Source of the DNA: Botryllus schlosseri
Lineage: Eukaryota
NCBI GenBank assembly: GCA_051294905.1
Contig: CM119373.1
Coordinates: 35,278,001 to 35,342,000, forward strand
Reading direction: 5' to 3'
DNA: 64,000 bases
Both the position numbers and the translations under genes were made by a program. Shown in pieces: positions 23,907 through 35,421 of the stretch. Every line of letters begins with the position of its first letter. The stretch's first letter is position 1. Below the pieces are notes generated by a model that saw nothing but the letters and a program-made list of their open reading frames with translations, was not told where the DNA came from and made no database searches.

Positions 23907-24599
23907 ATGGCCAGTTTCAAGGTGACGGATGTGTTGACGCGGTATGATGGAGCGGGTGATATAGCAACATGGATAAAGCAGGCGAAACTGGCAAAAGGTT
24001 TGCTAAAACTTGAGAATTTGGCTGTCGTAATCCCGATGTTTCTCGATGGTGACGCATTTGCCGTGTACGACCAGTTACTGGAGACTGAAAAGAGTGACGA
24101 AGATCGCATCGAAGAGGCTCTGTTGCGTGCCTTCGCCTGTGATCAGCTTTCGGCGTATGGGGAATTCAAGACGAGGGTGTTGAATGAAGGGGAATCGGTC
24201 GACGTTTTCCTTGCCGACTTGAAACGATTAGCAAAGTTGGCGGGTATCGGTCAAAACGACGACGAACAGCTGTTGAAATTATCTTTCGTCTTTGGGTTGC
24301 CGAAACGTGTGTCTGCTCAGATAAGGGCGACACCAAAGGCGGAGCAGTTACAATTGACTGAGGTGCTATCGATAGCACGTGCCCTCGTTACCGATCATGA
24401 GTTGGATGGTGCCGAGATGAGCGCCGTTGCCAATTCTTATGATAAAGAAAGAAGAGTGCGGTGTTTTCTATGTGGTGGACCACATTTAAGAATATTCTGT
24501 AAATCAATTGTATGTTTTCGTTGCAACGAAAGCGGCCACATTGCTCGATATTGCCAGAAGGTTGACCGGCGGATGGGAGGCCAACGTGGAGAGCTGTGA
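23907..24599 (+). CDS. Retrotransposon Gag (230 aa) with two zinc knuckles
   Basis: ATG 24 nt after the LTR. Capsid-like YDGAGDIATW...IPMFLDGDA...GESVDVFLADLKRLA; knuckles CFLCGGPHLRIFC and CFRCNESGHIARYC. Confidence 0.9.
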   Translation: MASFKVTDVLTRYDGAGDIATWIKQAKLAKGLLKLENLAVVIPMFLDGDAFAVYDQLLETEKSDEDRIEEALLRAFACDQLSAYGEFKTRVLNEGESVDVFLADLKRLAKLAGIGQNDDEQLLKLSFVFGLPKRVSAQIRATPKAEQLQLTEVLSIARALVTDHELDGAEMSAVANSYDKERRVRCFLCGGPHLRIFCKSIVCFRCNESGHIARYCQKVDRRMGGQRGEL

Positions 24600-24713
24600 C
24601 TTTGAAGGGGTGACGAGAGATGGAGAGAAGAGATAAGAGGCGGAGAGAGATGGAGAGACGAGATGAGAGACGATGATGAATGGTGATGAAGAGTGATATT
24701 CATCACGGGGGAA

Positions 24714-24936
24714 TGTGTCCTTGTGTAGATTTTGTGTACTAACTGTTACCTCGGACGCTGATCATAGCGCGTGCGACTGATTGATTGCTCGTTAATTAGT
24801 TTAAATGGTGTTAGCTGATGGTCGTGGATATTGGGAGACAGAGCTCGTGTGACCCGTGTAGAGAGATGTTGCTTTGTTGTTGTTGCGTTACAGTTGTGGC
24901 ACTTTTCGTTTTCATCTTTTAAATATACTTCCTACA
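24714..24936 (+). repeat. 3' LTR of the gag-only element
   Basis: Direct repeat of 23660-23882, followed by TSD CCAAG. Confidence 0.95.
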
Positions 24937-26861
24937 CCAAGTTCACACATCTAGACTCAGTCAGACGGCATCATACTCATTCTGGTACCATCGGAGCTAT
25001 ATGCAGGAAATAACCATTTTGTAATATCCATATCAATAATATGTTTATTTCTATATTGGCAGTCTATAAAATTTTGTTGATCCTTAACAATTGTACAGAA
25101 TATCAGCTATTGCAGTTGCGAATATTGCATACATTTGACATTTCGTTTATTGATTTTTGTACATAAATGTAATTTCAATGTAGTAAGCAAGTAAAGAGGT
25201 GTCGGGATTTGGGTGAAACACGTCAAATGATATGAAAATCCATTGCCAAATGAAGCTCCCATACTGGGGTGAAGCAAAGAACCATGACCTCGGTATTGAT
25301 TTCATGTTTTCTATTGTGCATGATTAATTTTGATTTTTAGATATGTTCACACTTTGATATCCTACATTAACATTTTGTTGATTTTTGCTGTTATTTTCAT
25401 CTTTCCATACCTGCAAATAAAATAAGACTCTGAGACGTTCGTATACGGTAGCTCATAATTATTGCTCCATTGCTTGGCACGATCTGTGAGCATTTTGCGT
25501 TGATCTACATAATCATGACTCCTTAATTAGCATTGTGATATCTGTGATGAATTTTCTTTATAGAGTTAAATGCTTGTAGCAATTATGGAGTTGGGTGCAT
25601 CGATGAAGGATAACTTTCTTCTGGATAAGTCTGTGGCATTTATTAACAACGGATCGTTTGGACCAGTGCCAAAGTGTGTTTTGGAAGAGAGAATGAAGTA
25701 GGTAGACAATAATATTAGTGGTGAGCCTTTGGGTTAGTAGTAGTCTGTAGGTCTGGGCAAAATCGAATATCTGAGTGATTTCATTCTGAGTTGAGTATTA
25801 ACCTTCAAGTTGACTTGGGCATTCGGATATCAGTCATTGTGACGTCGTATTGGTGTGAATGGTGTGGCAAATTTGAATATGTACTTTCATGCCAGCGGTT
25901 CTCAATCGCCGGCCAGTGTCAAATTTGATATCTTAATTTCAAAATGCAAGAACTTGGACGCCCGTCAATTAATTAGAGCAGGATTGGTGCGCGGCTGCCT
26001 ACAGTTGTGCTGACTTTCTCTGAAAATTAGCTCTTCGTTCCGTATTCAAGTGCTCGATTTATCATTGCAATTTATATAGAGCAGTGCTTTTCAACCTGTG
26101 TGACGGTTCGCACTGGTGCGAATGAAAAAAATTTCAGTGCGAATGACGAGCGTGGTGCGAATGGTGCGAATGAAAAATCCGGATGAGTGCGAACGGCAAG
26201 CGTGGTGCGAATGGTGCGAATGAGAAATCCGGATGAGTGCGAATGAAAATTGTCCATGTTTCTCACTTTTCCGACGTGGAATAATTCAAATAAGAACGAT
26301 ATAAGTACAGTGAGCCCGTAAATTTTGTCGTTTGGAAGCAATTCTAAAAACTTGTTGGTAGCTAGGCTTTTCTAGTTCACAAGTGAGGAACGTTCCCGAT
26401 GCGTGTATAATGCAAAGTTTGAGATAATATTTCCGCACGAGAGGATTACATCACTGCATGGAAAAAAGAAGGAGTTGGAAACGGTATCAGTTGCTCACTT
26501 GCTCGGAAACATCCACCGTGTATGGATATTGTATACAGGCCTTGTATGAATGTAGTAGGTTATAGTAGCTGATGCCAGTGTTGACATTTGGCATATTTGA
26601 ATGCAAAATATTGGAATTTTCGCACACATTCATGTTGGTTAACAGCAGAATTTCGCGTTTCTTCAACTATAACAATTAGCACATTAGATCTATAACAAGT
26701 GTTGTTTACTCGTGTACCTTACCAAGGATTAGAGGCCAGAGAGACCAGTGCCAAGGCCTGTTTGTAATGCGAACTCCACAATTTTGGCTTAGACACGCTT
26801 TCCTGTTCTTGGACTGATGATCTCAGGCCAAGTCTAAGTAAAGGCATAGGCCTATATAGAA

Positions 26862-27320
26862 TAGGCTTACCATATTTTGGAAATGAAAAAAGAGGACACT
26901 TTTTCAGAAATTTGCAAGTTGCAGAACCGGAGGGAAATTCTCAAAATTCGGTTAATTTCTCCCCACTTTGTGATCGGTTGACTAAAAAAAAAAAAAAAAA
27001 AAAGTTCATCTTCGCCGCTCAGAACTCAAAATAACGTTTTTTACTCCGCATCGCCAAGTGGATGACTAAAAAAAAAAAAAAAAAAAAAAAAAAGGTCATC
27101 TTTTCGCTCGGAGCTAAAATCACCGTTTTTCACCCGTCGGAGCTTCACGTCTGTGCTAATATGTGGCATATCACTCGCAATTTGCTCTAAATCTGCTCTA
27201 AATCCTTAAAAAGAGGACAAAATCTCAAAAAAGAGGACAAAAGGGCGTCCTCCGAGGACACTTTCAAAAAAGTCAAAAAAGAGGACAAATCCTCTTAAAA
27301 GAGGACGTATGGTAAGCCTA
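26862..27320. mobile_element. Nested hAT (Blackjack-like) MITE A
   Basis: TIRs TAGGCTTACCATA / TATGGTAAGCCTA, flanks atatagaa/atatataa (7/8), AAAAGAGGAC subterminal repeats, and two internal poly(A) runs. Confidence 0.88.
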
Positions 27321-27947
27321 ATATATAACAATATAACATATTGGTGATTCCACTAAGCTTACCGATCCATACGAAAAGTTTGCCTATAGTCCGTGTTCGT
27401 ACCGCCTTTGTACTACAAACTTTGTAACACTCCGAACTCTGCCGATTTAGCTTGAGCAGATGAGCAGTGAGCAGCTGAGCACCCTCTGCAGAGCAAAATC
27501 ATATCCACCAAGCCGTATATCTTACGATATTTCTTATGCAGCCTAATTTAAGCTTAATTAGACTGTTGAACCTTATTAGTCTTTATGTATAAGGATATGT
27601 GGGAAAGTAGAGATAATTTGGCATTATTTCAGTCAGTTTTCCAATATTGTACGATTGATCTAAGAGCCATCCCGCCGTTGACTAGCCGGGCCGATATAAC
27701 TGTGTGTTAATCATGAATCTTATGTGAGTGATAATTATTCAAGATGGTGAAAGTGTTGGCTTTGACAACACAAGGAGCCCGAACGTTGTTATTGAAAGAT
27801 ATGTTGATTTGTGTACTGCATAGATAAGAAGTGAATGAAGCCTAAGCTTATCTATAAACAATAGTCATCAATTACTCGGATTGTGTGGGTTTGTATAGCA
27901 ATGCATTCCTGATTTTAACGCCCACCGTACCATCCAATCGTCTAACA

Positions 27948-28520
27948 CAGGGGCGGCAACTTCTCCAGTCGAAATTAAGTAATTGGCGGGCCGGATTGCT
28001 GAATCGATACAATATTCGCCCATTTATCCTCATATACAAGAAATAAATCGTATTTAATTAATGTATTTTAACGACAGCAATGTCACTTCAAAGCCATTTC
28101 TCGCCGATAAGTGACTAAGACAATGTGGATTTGAGAACAGCATTGTCATACAGCCGCCGCCATGTCTGCTTCTCTCTGATCAATGATCATTTACCACACG
28201 GTGCAATCCTTAATCAAGATTTCAAGGCATTCGTTAAGCCCGGTACCCCAAATTACCCAATATATTAATTCATTGGGTTTGAGTACATCGTTAATGCCAA
28301 TATTGCAAGTCTCGCTTCGACGAACGCACGCAGCGCACACACCTATATAATAACATACAGTCACTAATACTTATTGACGTTAATAAAGTATAAGTGGGGA
28401 ATTTCGGCAGACTTGGGCCGCGGGCCACATTATCATATAAAACGGGAAACTGTCCGAGGGCCGGACGAAATCCCGTCGCGGGCCGGATCCGTCCCGCGGG
28501 CCGTATGTTGCCCGCCCCTG
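27948..28520. mobile_element. Nested hAT (Buster-like) MITE
   Basis: TIRs CAGGGGCGGCAAC / GTTGCCCGCCCCTG, perfect 8-bp TSD GTCTAACA, and GGCCCGCGGGCC-type subterminal motifs. Confidence 0.92.
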
Positions 28521-28529
28521 GTCTAACAT

Positions 28530-28872
28530 TAGGGTTACCATATTTTGGAATCGGGAAAGGACGACACTATTTCAAAATTTTCAAACACAGAATATCAGTG
28601 GAAAATCCTGAAAAAGTGGTAAATTTTTACCACTTCGTAGTCGGTTGACTAAAATAACAAAAAGAAACGGCCAACTTTCGCTCAGCTCCGGAAATACCCA
28701 ACGGAGCTGATTTACAGCATCTCAGTCGAATTTTGCTATAAATTTGACCAAAAGTCCTAAAAAAGAGGACAAAATCCCAAAAAAGAGGACATTTAGGCGT
28801 CATCTGAGGACTTTTTCAAAAACCCGAAAAAAGAGGACAAATCCTCCTAAAGGAGGACGTATGGTAACCCTA
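28530..28872. mobile_element. Nested hAT (Blackjack-like) MITE B
   Basis: TIRs TAGGGTTACCATA / TATGGTAACCCTA, flanks tctaacat/tctaacag (7/8), and AAAAGAGGAC repeats as in MITE A. Confidence 0.88.
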
Positions 28873-29404
28873 TCTAACAGACCTTAGTACGCGAAGCATC
28901 TTTTCGAATGTTGTCAGAAAAATGAACCAAAGGTGCTAGTCGCAACATTGATGCTACGATTCAAGTGCAGTTCCACTATTTTGTGCGTTCTAAATGCAAA
29001 CACATTCACATCGCGATGACGTAACATGTGGATTTAGTGGCAAAGTGATATGGTTGCGAGTGAATATTGTTCTTGGGTTCGCCCTTTAAGCTTCCAAGGA
29101 AATCACTGCACGATACCCGCGGAAATGCAACGAACTTCTGGAGAACAACGGGAGTGCGATATCTGTGATTTTTATACTGCAGTGATTTTAGTGCATGCTT
29201 GATTAGTCAATAATACGATACGCAGAATGCAAAATAATGAAGCTCTATACCTCCAAGAAGCTCTTCGCATACAAAAGTGAAAAGTTTCTTCATTTTCATT
29301 TCGTGTACTAAATTTCGGCTGACTGGTGCGAATGAAATTATTTTTCAAAAAAAAGTGCGAATGGAGCTCAAAAAGGTTGAAAAGCACTGATATAGAGTGT
29401 CACG

Positions 29405-31736
29405 TGACCTATTTAGTCATCATCATTTAGTACATCAGGTAAACTACATTTAATAATCGTGATTCCTGATAGCCCATTTGTCCTGTGGTCTGCCTAGTAC
29501 TGCCTTATTCAGACTTTCGTAAAGTTAGCTTTGTAAAGCTTGCCTGTGTTTAACCTCCCTGTGTACACGTATGTAGTGTCACAGGCCACCCGACTTCGGT
29601 ATTTCCAGTTATTAAATTCGTGCCAGTTCTTGTGTAATCTGTATAACTTATTTAGTCATTACATGTCCTTAAAGCTGGTTCCGTAGGGGATATTTCTGTA
29701 AGGTTGTATCGAACATTCGGCTACTTCTATTGATATTAGTTTTTCCTCCGTTGAAATATTTCATATGCAAAACCTAGACTACTGTACTAATTTTAACCTC
29801 GAGCAGAGGTGCAGTACAATGCAGGGTTATGAACAAGGATTTCAACATTCGAATCTGAATCAAGTAATAGTGTCAATGCGATCGAGTCGGGTAATGAGAG
29901 ATGATTTTTTTCGACTACTGAAATTTCGCGATCCATGCTACTAAGAATTATTTTATCAATGAATTTATAGTTTCGATGGTAATTTCAAATGCGGAAGGTT
30001 TCAAATCTCAATTAATCGTGTCATAGACGTATGCTAAAGATTAAACATGTATTACGAAGCTATAAATTACCCTCATGTGGTGTACAATTGGTATTTTATT
30101 CTTTGCGGTTGCATAGGAGGTACATATTTGAACTTTCCACATCTTTCGTACTGGTATGACATCATAATTAGCGATATTCGAATACTCGACTCGTAGCCTA
30201 GTACTCGATTCAGAATTGAATCACTCAAGTATTTGATTTCGCCCTAGTACCAAGTCAAGATGATTGTTTAAAAGTATTAGTCCAAAACACGCTAAATTGT
30301 ACAATTTGGATTTTTGAATGACTACGCTCAGGGGCGTAGACAGCGGGGAATAATCGGTGTCCAATATCCCCCGTTTCCAAGCTCAAACTACCCCTCCTCT
30401 TGAATCCAAAATTTAGCTCTCTGATATTATCTTAGTATAATCACTTAATGCTCATTCGTGATTAGATGCCCAATCAGCGTCTTCACAGAACAATAAATGC
30501 GACGATACCCCTTTTTCTCCTATTCCTCTCCCGTCTGTGACAGCTGGAGTAATTAGCGTATCACATTACATTGCAGCCGACCTGGGCTTGTATTGTTAGA
30601 GATAGCAGATCCCTAAAGAACCAAATCAGATTGTACTAATCAAATGTCCAATGTGGAATCTATTATGTATCGATCCAATTTGCGTTGATTTAGTTCGGTT
30701 GTTGCGTAGATTTCCAGTCTTTGCGTGTCTCGGGCCTCTGACGCATCTGCTGATTGTCCTGTTTGAATGAGCTTGGCTACATGGCCAATAGTAGAAACAT
30801 TGGAGGCTAGGAAAATTAGGCCACTTTGTGACTCGAGGCGCGTGATAGTGCTATCAATGTTTGATGTAATGTTGTAATGATGAGAAGTTGTAGTCTTGGC
30901 CTGGACAATTTGCCATTGTCACGTTTGCACCGCAAACGCATTTGGGAATGCTTTTTGGTTGCAGCCTGAGCCTGCGCCGGGCCGCTGTTATTCACCAGAT
31001 ACAATGGCACAAGCTCGAGCGTTATTTGGTCTTTACTATCTCCACACACCAAAATACTACACCATCTTAGCAGACAGTAGACATCACATTGATTCAAAAT
31101 AAATTTAATCCAGATCATGTGCAATAACAGGCAACAAGCTACAAAAGACAACAGGCTAATTCATTTGCGCATCTTCGCTGTTCATATTTGATCGCAGAAT
31201 TGAGACATCTTGGCCGTGCTGTAATATGATCTGCGCGAGATATTTCTTGATAATGATCCTCGCTTTGGTAATTAGGTCATGATAACTCACTGTCTCTCTT
31301 TCTGCTGTTATCTTAGGTTACGGGTTGTGGTGTTGTATTTAAATCGTGCAACTGGGTTATATATATACGAATGACGAAGTCACAAACGCAAGGAATATTA
31401 TCTGACCATTGTAATATCTGCATTTGTGTATAAAATTAACCTGATGAATCGATTAGAGCTCGGAACATCCAATTTTTGAAGCATTCTCCTTTTATAAAAA
31501 AAATACCCCCCCTTTTTTTTTATTTATAAATATCCCCCGTTATTTCTCGGCTGGCTACGCCCCTGACTACGCTCATGAGCTTGTGCGTGTTGAGTTGGAG
31601 TATATAGCTTTGGATTTGATATATGGACTACGCGTTTTCGCACTAGCCTTCTATTAAAATCTACCCTCGAAATTCAAATAAGCAGTGTTCTATATATCAT
31701 TCCAATTGTATCACCCTGCTATTTTTAGATGACAGT
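29405..31736 (+). repeat. Duplicate of the upstream region and leader of the 21483 copy (about 20372-21448), with no CDS attached
   Basis: Colinear from gacctatttagtcatcatc to atttttagatgacagt, interrupted by the 30329-31565 MITE. Acceptor AG at 31727-31728. Confidence 0.85.
30329..31565. mobile_element. hAT-type non-autonomous element (1237 bp)
   Basis: TIRs CAGGGGCGTAG / CTACGCCCCTG and perfect 8-bp TSD ACTACGCT. Confidence 0.92.
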
Positions 31737-32096
31737 GGCGTGGTGCGCACGACATGACCGTTTGCCTGAGCAATCACATCTATAATAGGCCTCGTGTGCA
31801 AGATATCGTCGCTGACCTGAACTATCGCATTGCGAGCCTCGCAGGCATTGGCTACTATCTACTATCGTTTAAGACAATGCTGTTAAGTGTATAATGATTA
31901 GCGATCGTTATGTCATGATTGTTCAACAGTGACATCGCAAAACAGAATGACATCGAATACTAAAACATAACTATTCATGTACTGCGAATGCAGGGTGTGT
32001 GCTATACATGGGTACAGGCTTTTTCTCAGAATTTACACGCCATTTTAAGGGTGCGTATTATACATGGGGGCGCACTGTATTCGGAAAATTACGGTA
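31737..32096. mobile_element. One-ended Tc1/mariner (Tc2/pogo-like) remnant
   Basis: Ends gggtgcgtattatac...cgcactgtattcggaaaattacgg-TA, resembling TA-CCGTAxTTTTCCG termini. Array homology breaks abruptly at 31737. The other TIR was not found. Confidence 0.5.
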
Positions 32097-32345
32097 ATTG
32101 ATATTGGACATAATTATAGGCTATTACAAAGCTCTAAATTACCTTCATGTGGTGTCTAATTGGTATTTGGGAATATAGGTTTGAATTTCATGCGTGAACT
32201 GCACACCATCGCACTAGCCTTCTCTAAAAATCTCCCTTTTTTTTCTCATTCAAATAAGCATTTCTCCATATATCATTCCAATGGTATCACCATTCTATTT
32301 TCAGATGATAGTGTAGAGTTGAAGCTTTTTGTTAAAGATTTCATA

Positions 32346-34226
32346 ATGGATATGGTGAGCAGCTTGCCAGATGAAATGTGGTTGAAGATTCTCGAAAAGC
32401 TACCACTGCACGATCGTCTTAACTGGGTCAAATTTACGAACAAACGGTTTTTTCACCTTGCTGGAGACATATCTGCAGTACAAGAACTCGATTTTCACGG
32501 ATGTAGTTATGTATCGAACGATCTGTTTTCGAAGATCATCAATTGTTCAAAAGATAGTGTGAGATTATTATCTTTCCGTGATTGCCCTTGGCTCTCAGAT
32601 GAAATCTGCACCACTATGCCAAGATTGAAAAATCTTGTTACTCTGGATATATTAGGGTGTTTCTTGAGCAGCGAAACATTACACAGTCTTCTTCGTGCCA
32701 CTCGCTCCATAAAAAAACTGGCTCTATCCACTACAGAACTGGTCATGAAAGATTTTTGTCGGTTGCAGTCAAAACGCGGATTGTCACTTCGAGTGATACA
32801 TGTAGAATTGCTTCACGATCCCGAAAAAGTCCGTAGTGACGAAACCAGAACGGTGTTCAAGAATTTTATCAAGACATGCTGTCATTCTAGACCACACTGC
32901 GTTACGGTCCAAACGCTGAAGAACTTATACTTTAATTTAAAAGATATTTTGATTGAGGCAAATCGTGCGCTTTATCGAGACTACTTTCGAACAGTGAGGA
33001 GTATAGCTTGTGATCGAACTTACGGAACTAAGATACTGACTGCTGTTGCTTTACATAGAGCTGTCAGTCCTCTGTCGGCGGATTGCTTAGATGAAGCTCG
33101 GGTACTCTGCCTTCCTATGCAGAAAAGCCGTGATAAGGTGCTCGCATCATGTTATTGTAAAGGAGAACACCTGTCTATTGCACTACATGTACTGGAGTAT
33201 CTGATTTGCTCGCGGGATGAATATATTGATGATCCAGATTCTGCTGAGGCAGTTTTGCTAAATTGCCGTATCCCGAAACTGACACATCTAAACTTATTCA
33301 CCAGTTACCGAAGTATTCCCTGCCATTTCACCGAAGTATTCCAGGGTATATGCAAGAAATTACCAGCTTTCACAAACCTTGTTGAGCTGAATGTGTGTTG
33401 GCTGGAGCTGCCTGCTAACATGCTTCTATTGGCAATCATGGACATGAAACATTTGAAGGGTTTGTCTTTTTCGCTCCATCTTCCTATACAATGTGACCCG
33501 GATCCAGAGCAGGACGTCATGAATTTTACAGCCGAGACAAGAGACACCGATGAAAGTTGCAGATATTCGATATTTTTGTTGAAATTGGTGAGAAATTTTC
33601 CGGATTTGGAAAAGTTAGAAATGATATGTAGCATGGATGCCCGAAAATCCGTTGCTGTCAGTGATTTGGAACCGATTGGTATGCTGGCCAAACTTCGTTA
33701 TCTATCTCTACACAGATTTATTTTGGACGATGTACATCAGCTTGCAAATATCCTATCCAGAAGCACAAAGATATCATCATTGGAGCTTGGTCACTTTGAG
33801 ACTGATGTTGAATGTGATTTTTCAAAGTGTTTTGCTTCATTACACGATCTCATTTATCTACGACTTGCCCATCGTGATTTACAGTCTGTATCGAAATTCC
33901 GCGATTTGCACATGAGTAGAAATCTTCAAAGATTCACTTTTCGTTCAGAGCGCGCATTGTCAGCAGCGTGGATCGAGTCATTTCTGGGACCTGTCGTTGC
34001 AACCTGTGATCTGTTTTGCATGTGCCATATCGAATGTGGAAATGGGGATGAGGAGGTGGTGAAAAGGGTCATTGCAAAATACCGGAATATTTGTGAATTG
34101 AAATACCGTAACAGGGTGATATTGTCATGTAGTGATAAACGCATCAGGCAACATCCAGTGTGCCAAAGTTGGCAGGGACGCTCGTTCTCAACTGTTGCCA
34201 CATGCAGCCCTTTTGACTTCATATAG
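32346..34226 (+). CDS. FBXL18-like: F-box/LRR protein (FBXL18-like), intact mosaic paralog, 626 aa
   Basis: Uninterrupted ORF from the conserved MDMV; acceptor AG at 32303-32304. It stops 3 codons earlier than paralogs (TAG where they have a Lys codon). Confidence 0.92.
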   Translation: MDMVSSLPDEMWLKILEKLPLHDRLNWVKFTNKRFFHLAGDISAVQELDFHGCSYVSNDLFSKIINCSKDSVRLLSFRDCPWLSDEICTTMPRLKNLVTLDILGCFLSSETLHSLLRATRSIKKLALSTTELVMKDFCRLQSKRGLSLRVIHVELLHDPEKVRSDETRTVFKNFIKTCCHSRPHCVTVQTLKNLYFNLKDILIEANRALYRDYFRTVRSIACDRTYGTKILTAVALHRAVSPLSADCLDEARVLCLPMQKSRDKVLASCYCKGEHLSIALHVLEYLICSRDEYIDDPDSAEAVLLNCRIPKLTHLNLFTSYRSIPCHFTEVFQGICKKLPAFTNLVELNVCWLELPANMLLLAIMDMKHLKGLSFSLHLPIQCDPDPEQDVMNFTAETRDTDESCRYSIFLLKLVRNFPDLEKLEMICSMDARKSVAVSDLEPIGMLAKLRYLSLHRFILDDVHQLANILSRSTKISSLELGHFETDVECDFSKCFASLHDLIYLRLAHRDLQSVSKFRDLHMSRNLQRFTFRSERALSAAWIESFLGPVVATCDLFCMCHIECGNGDEEVVKRVIAKYRNICELKYRNRVILSCSDKRIRQHPVCQSWQGRSFSTVATCSPFDFI

Positions 34227-35421
34227 ACACCATGACTGTGAATGGTGCCATAACTTGACGTCATATTTCTGTTCATAATTTTGTTTTTTTAGTTTTTATC
34301 TGAACTGCTATTTTCTTTGAAATACATATAAAAGTGATTTCATTTACCGGTACCTCTTTCAATTTATCCATCCTCGGTCATGCAGGCTGACTTCCCACCA
34401 TGTCAATTGTATGACACGGTCCATAATTTTTAAAAAGATCCAAAGTGAAGGAGGTAGTTCGATGGAAATATCTACACCTCTCCTGACATCACCAAATACG
34501 ATCCGGTGTGATCCACTTTGTGAATTTGAATTGAATTTCTGATGGTCGTGTTTAGCTCCATGCCATTAATTTATTTATTTCAGCATTAGTAGTAAAATTG
34601 AATTCTGTTGATCCTAAGGTTATGATAACTGTATACAATATCAGATATTGCGGTTGTATATATCGCTGTCTTGAGGAACGCTTCTGTAGCCTATGTATAC
34701 ATTTGGCTCTTCGTTTTTTTATTTTTATACCTAAATGTCATTTGAAGGGAGTGAGTGAGTAAGTAGGTGTCTGGATTTGGGTGAAAAGCTTCAATGTTAT
34801 AAAACATCGTTTGCCAAATGAAGCTCACATACTGGGGTAAAGCAAAGAACCATGTCCTCATTGTTGGTTTCACCTCATATAGGGTGTTAAATTGATGTTC
34901 ATGCCCCCCCCCCCTTCCCCCCGTGCATGAATAATTTTTATTTACTATGGTTAAATTGTTCAGTGTTCAATAGTATTCATTAACGCATTTAATTTCATAC
35001 CACAGTCTTGTGTTGATTTTTGCGGTTTTTTCATTTGCGTTTCTTTGTCTCACACTATTAACGCATTCGAGACCGTGTTTGTTATCAAATGCATATGGCA
35101 TAATATATTAGTATTTTCTTACTATAGCTGCAAATAAATTACTGCCATCATGTCGTATTGTATTCACACTCCTTTTGTCCGTCGCTTCAATTTTCTGATT
35201 ACAGCTCAGGATTTAGTTCGTGGGTTGCCATTATTGTGCATATAATGATTGTGTTTATTACACACTAAATCGCACAAACTTGAAAATCATCCCTTTGTTG
35301 CAATTCATACAAATGCAGAGTTATCATGTCCAATTTATTCATACTGTATCACCCTTCATTTTCAGATGATAGTTTATTAGTTTTAACTTGTTACCACTTT
35401 TTCATCTGTAAGGATTTGACA

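Larger units (their letters stand above)
23660..24936 (+). mobile_element. Miniature gag-only LTR retrotransposon (1277 bp)
   Basis: 223-bp LTRs (TG...CA) at 23660-23882 and 24714-24936 with one mismatch. 5-bp TSD CCAAG. Purine tract GGGGGAA before the 3' LTR. Single gag ORF and no pol. Confidence 0.95.
23510..25020 (+). pseudogene. Internal F-box/LRR fragment split by the gag-only LTR element
   Basis: gcatcatgttattgtaaaggacgtcaccttcctaacac...attcccaag | ttcacacatctagac...atatgcaggaaa is homologous to the CYCKG...IPKLTHLD...ICRK region. Confidence 0.8.
26082..29389. mobile_element. Non-autonomous hAT (Charlie-like) element, 3308 bp, containing three nested MITEs
   Basis: Perfect 15-bp TIRs CAGTGCTTTTCAACC / GGTTGAAAAGCACTG, perfect 8-bp TSD ATATAGAG, and subterminal GTGCGAAT repeats at both ends. 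Confidence 0.93.

Noticed and set aside
25893-25920. CAGCGGTTCTCAA hAT-like left end
   Set aside because: No matching right end or TSD was found, so it is too little to define an element.
32160-32345. N-terminal extensions of ORF calls (32160, 8435, 55052, 4267, 45584, 35326, 23820)
   Set aside because: They begin at TTG/near-cognate codons or cross the conserved acceptor or the LTR. The homologous starts are MD(I/M/V)V and, for gag, 23907.
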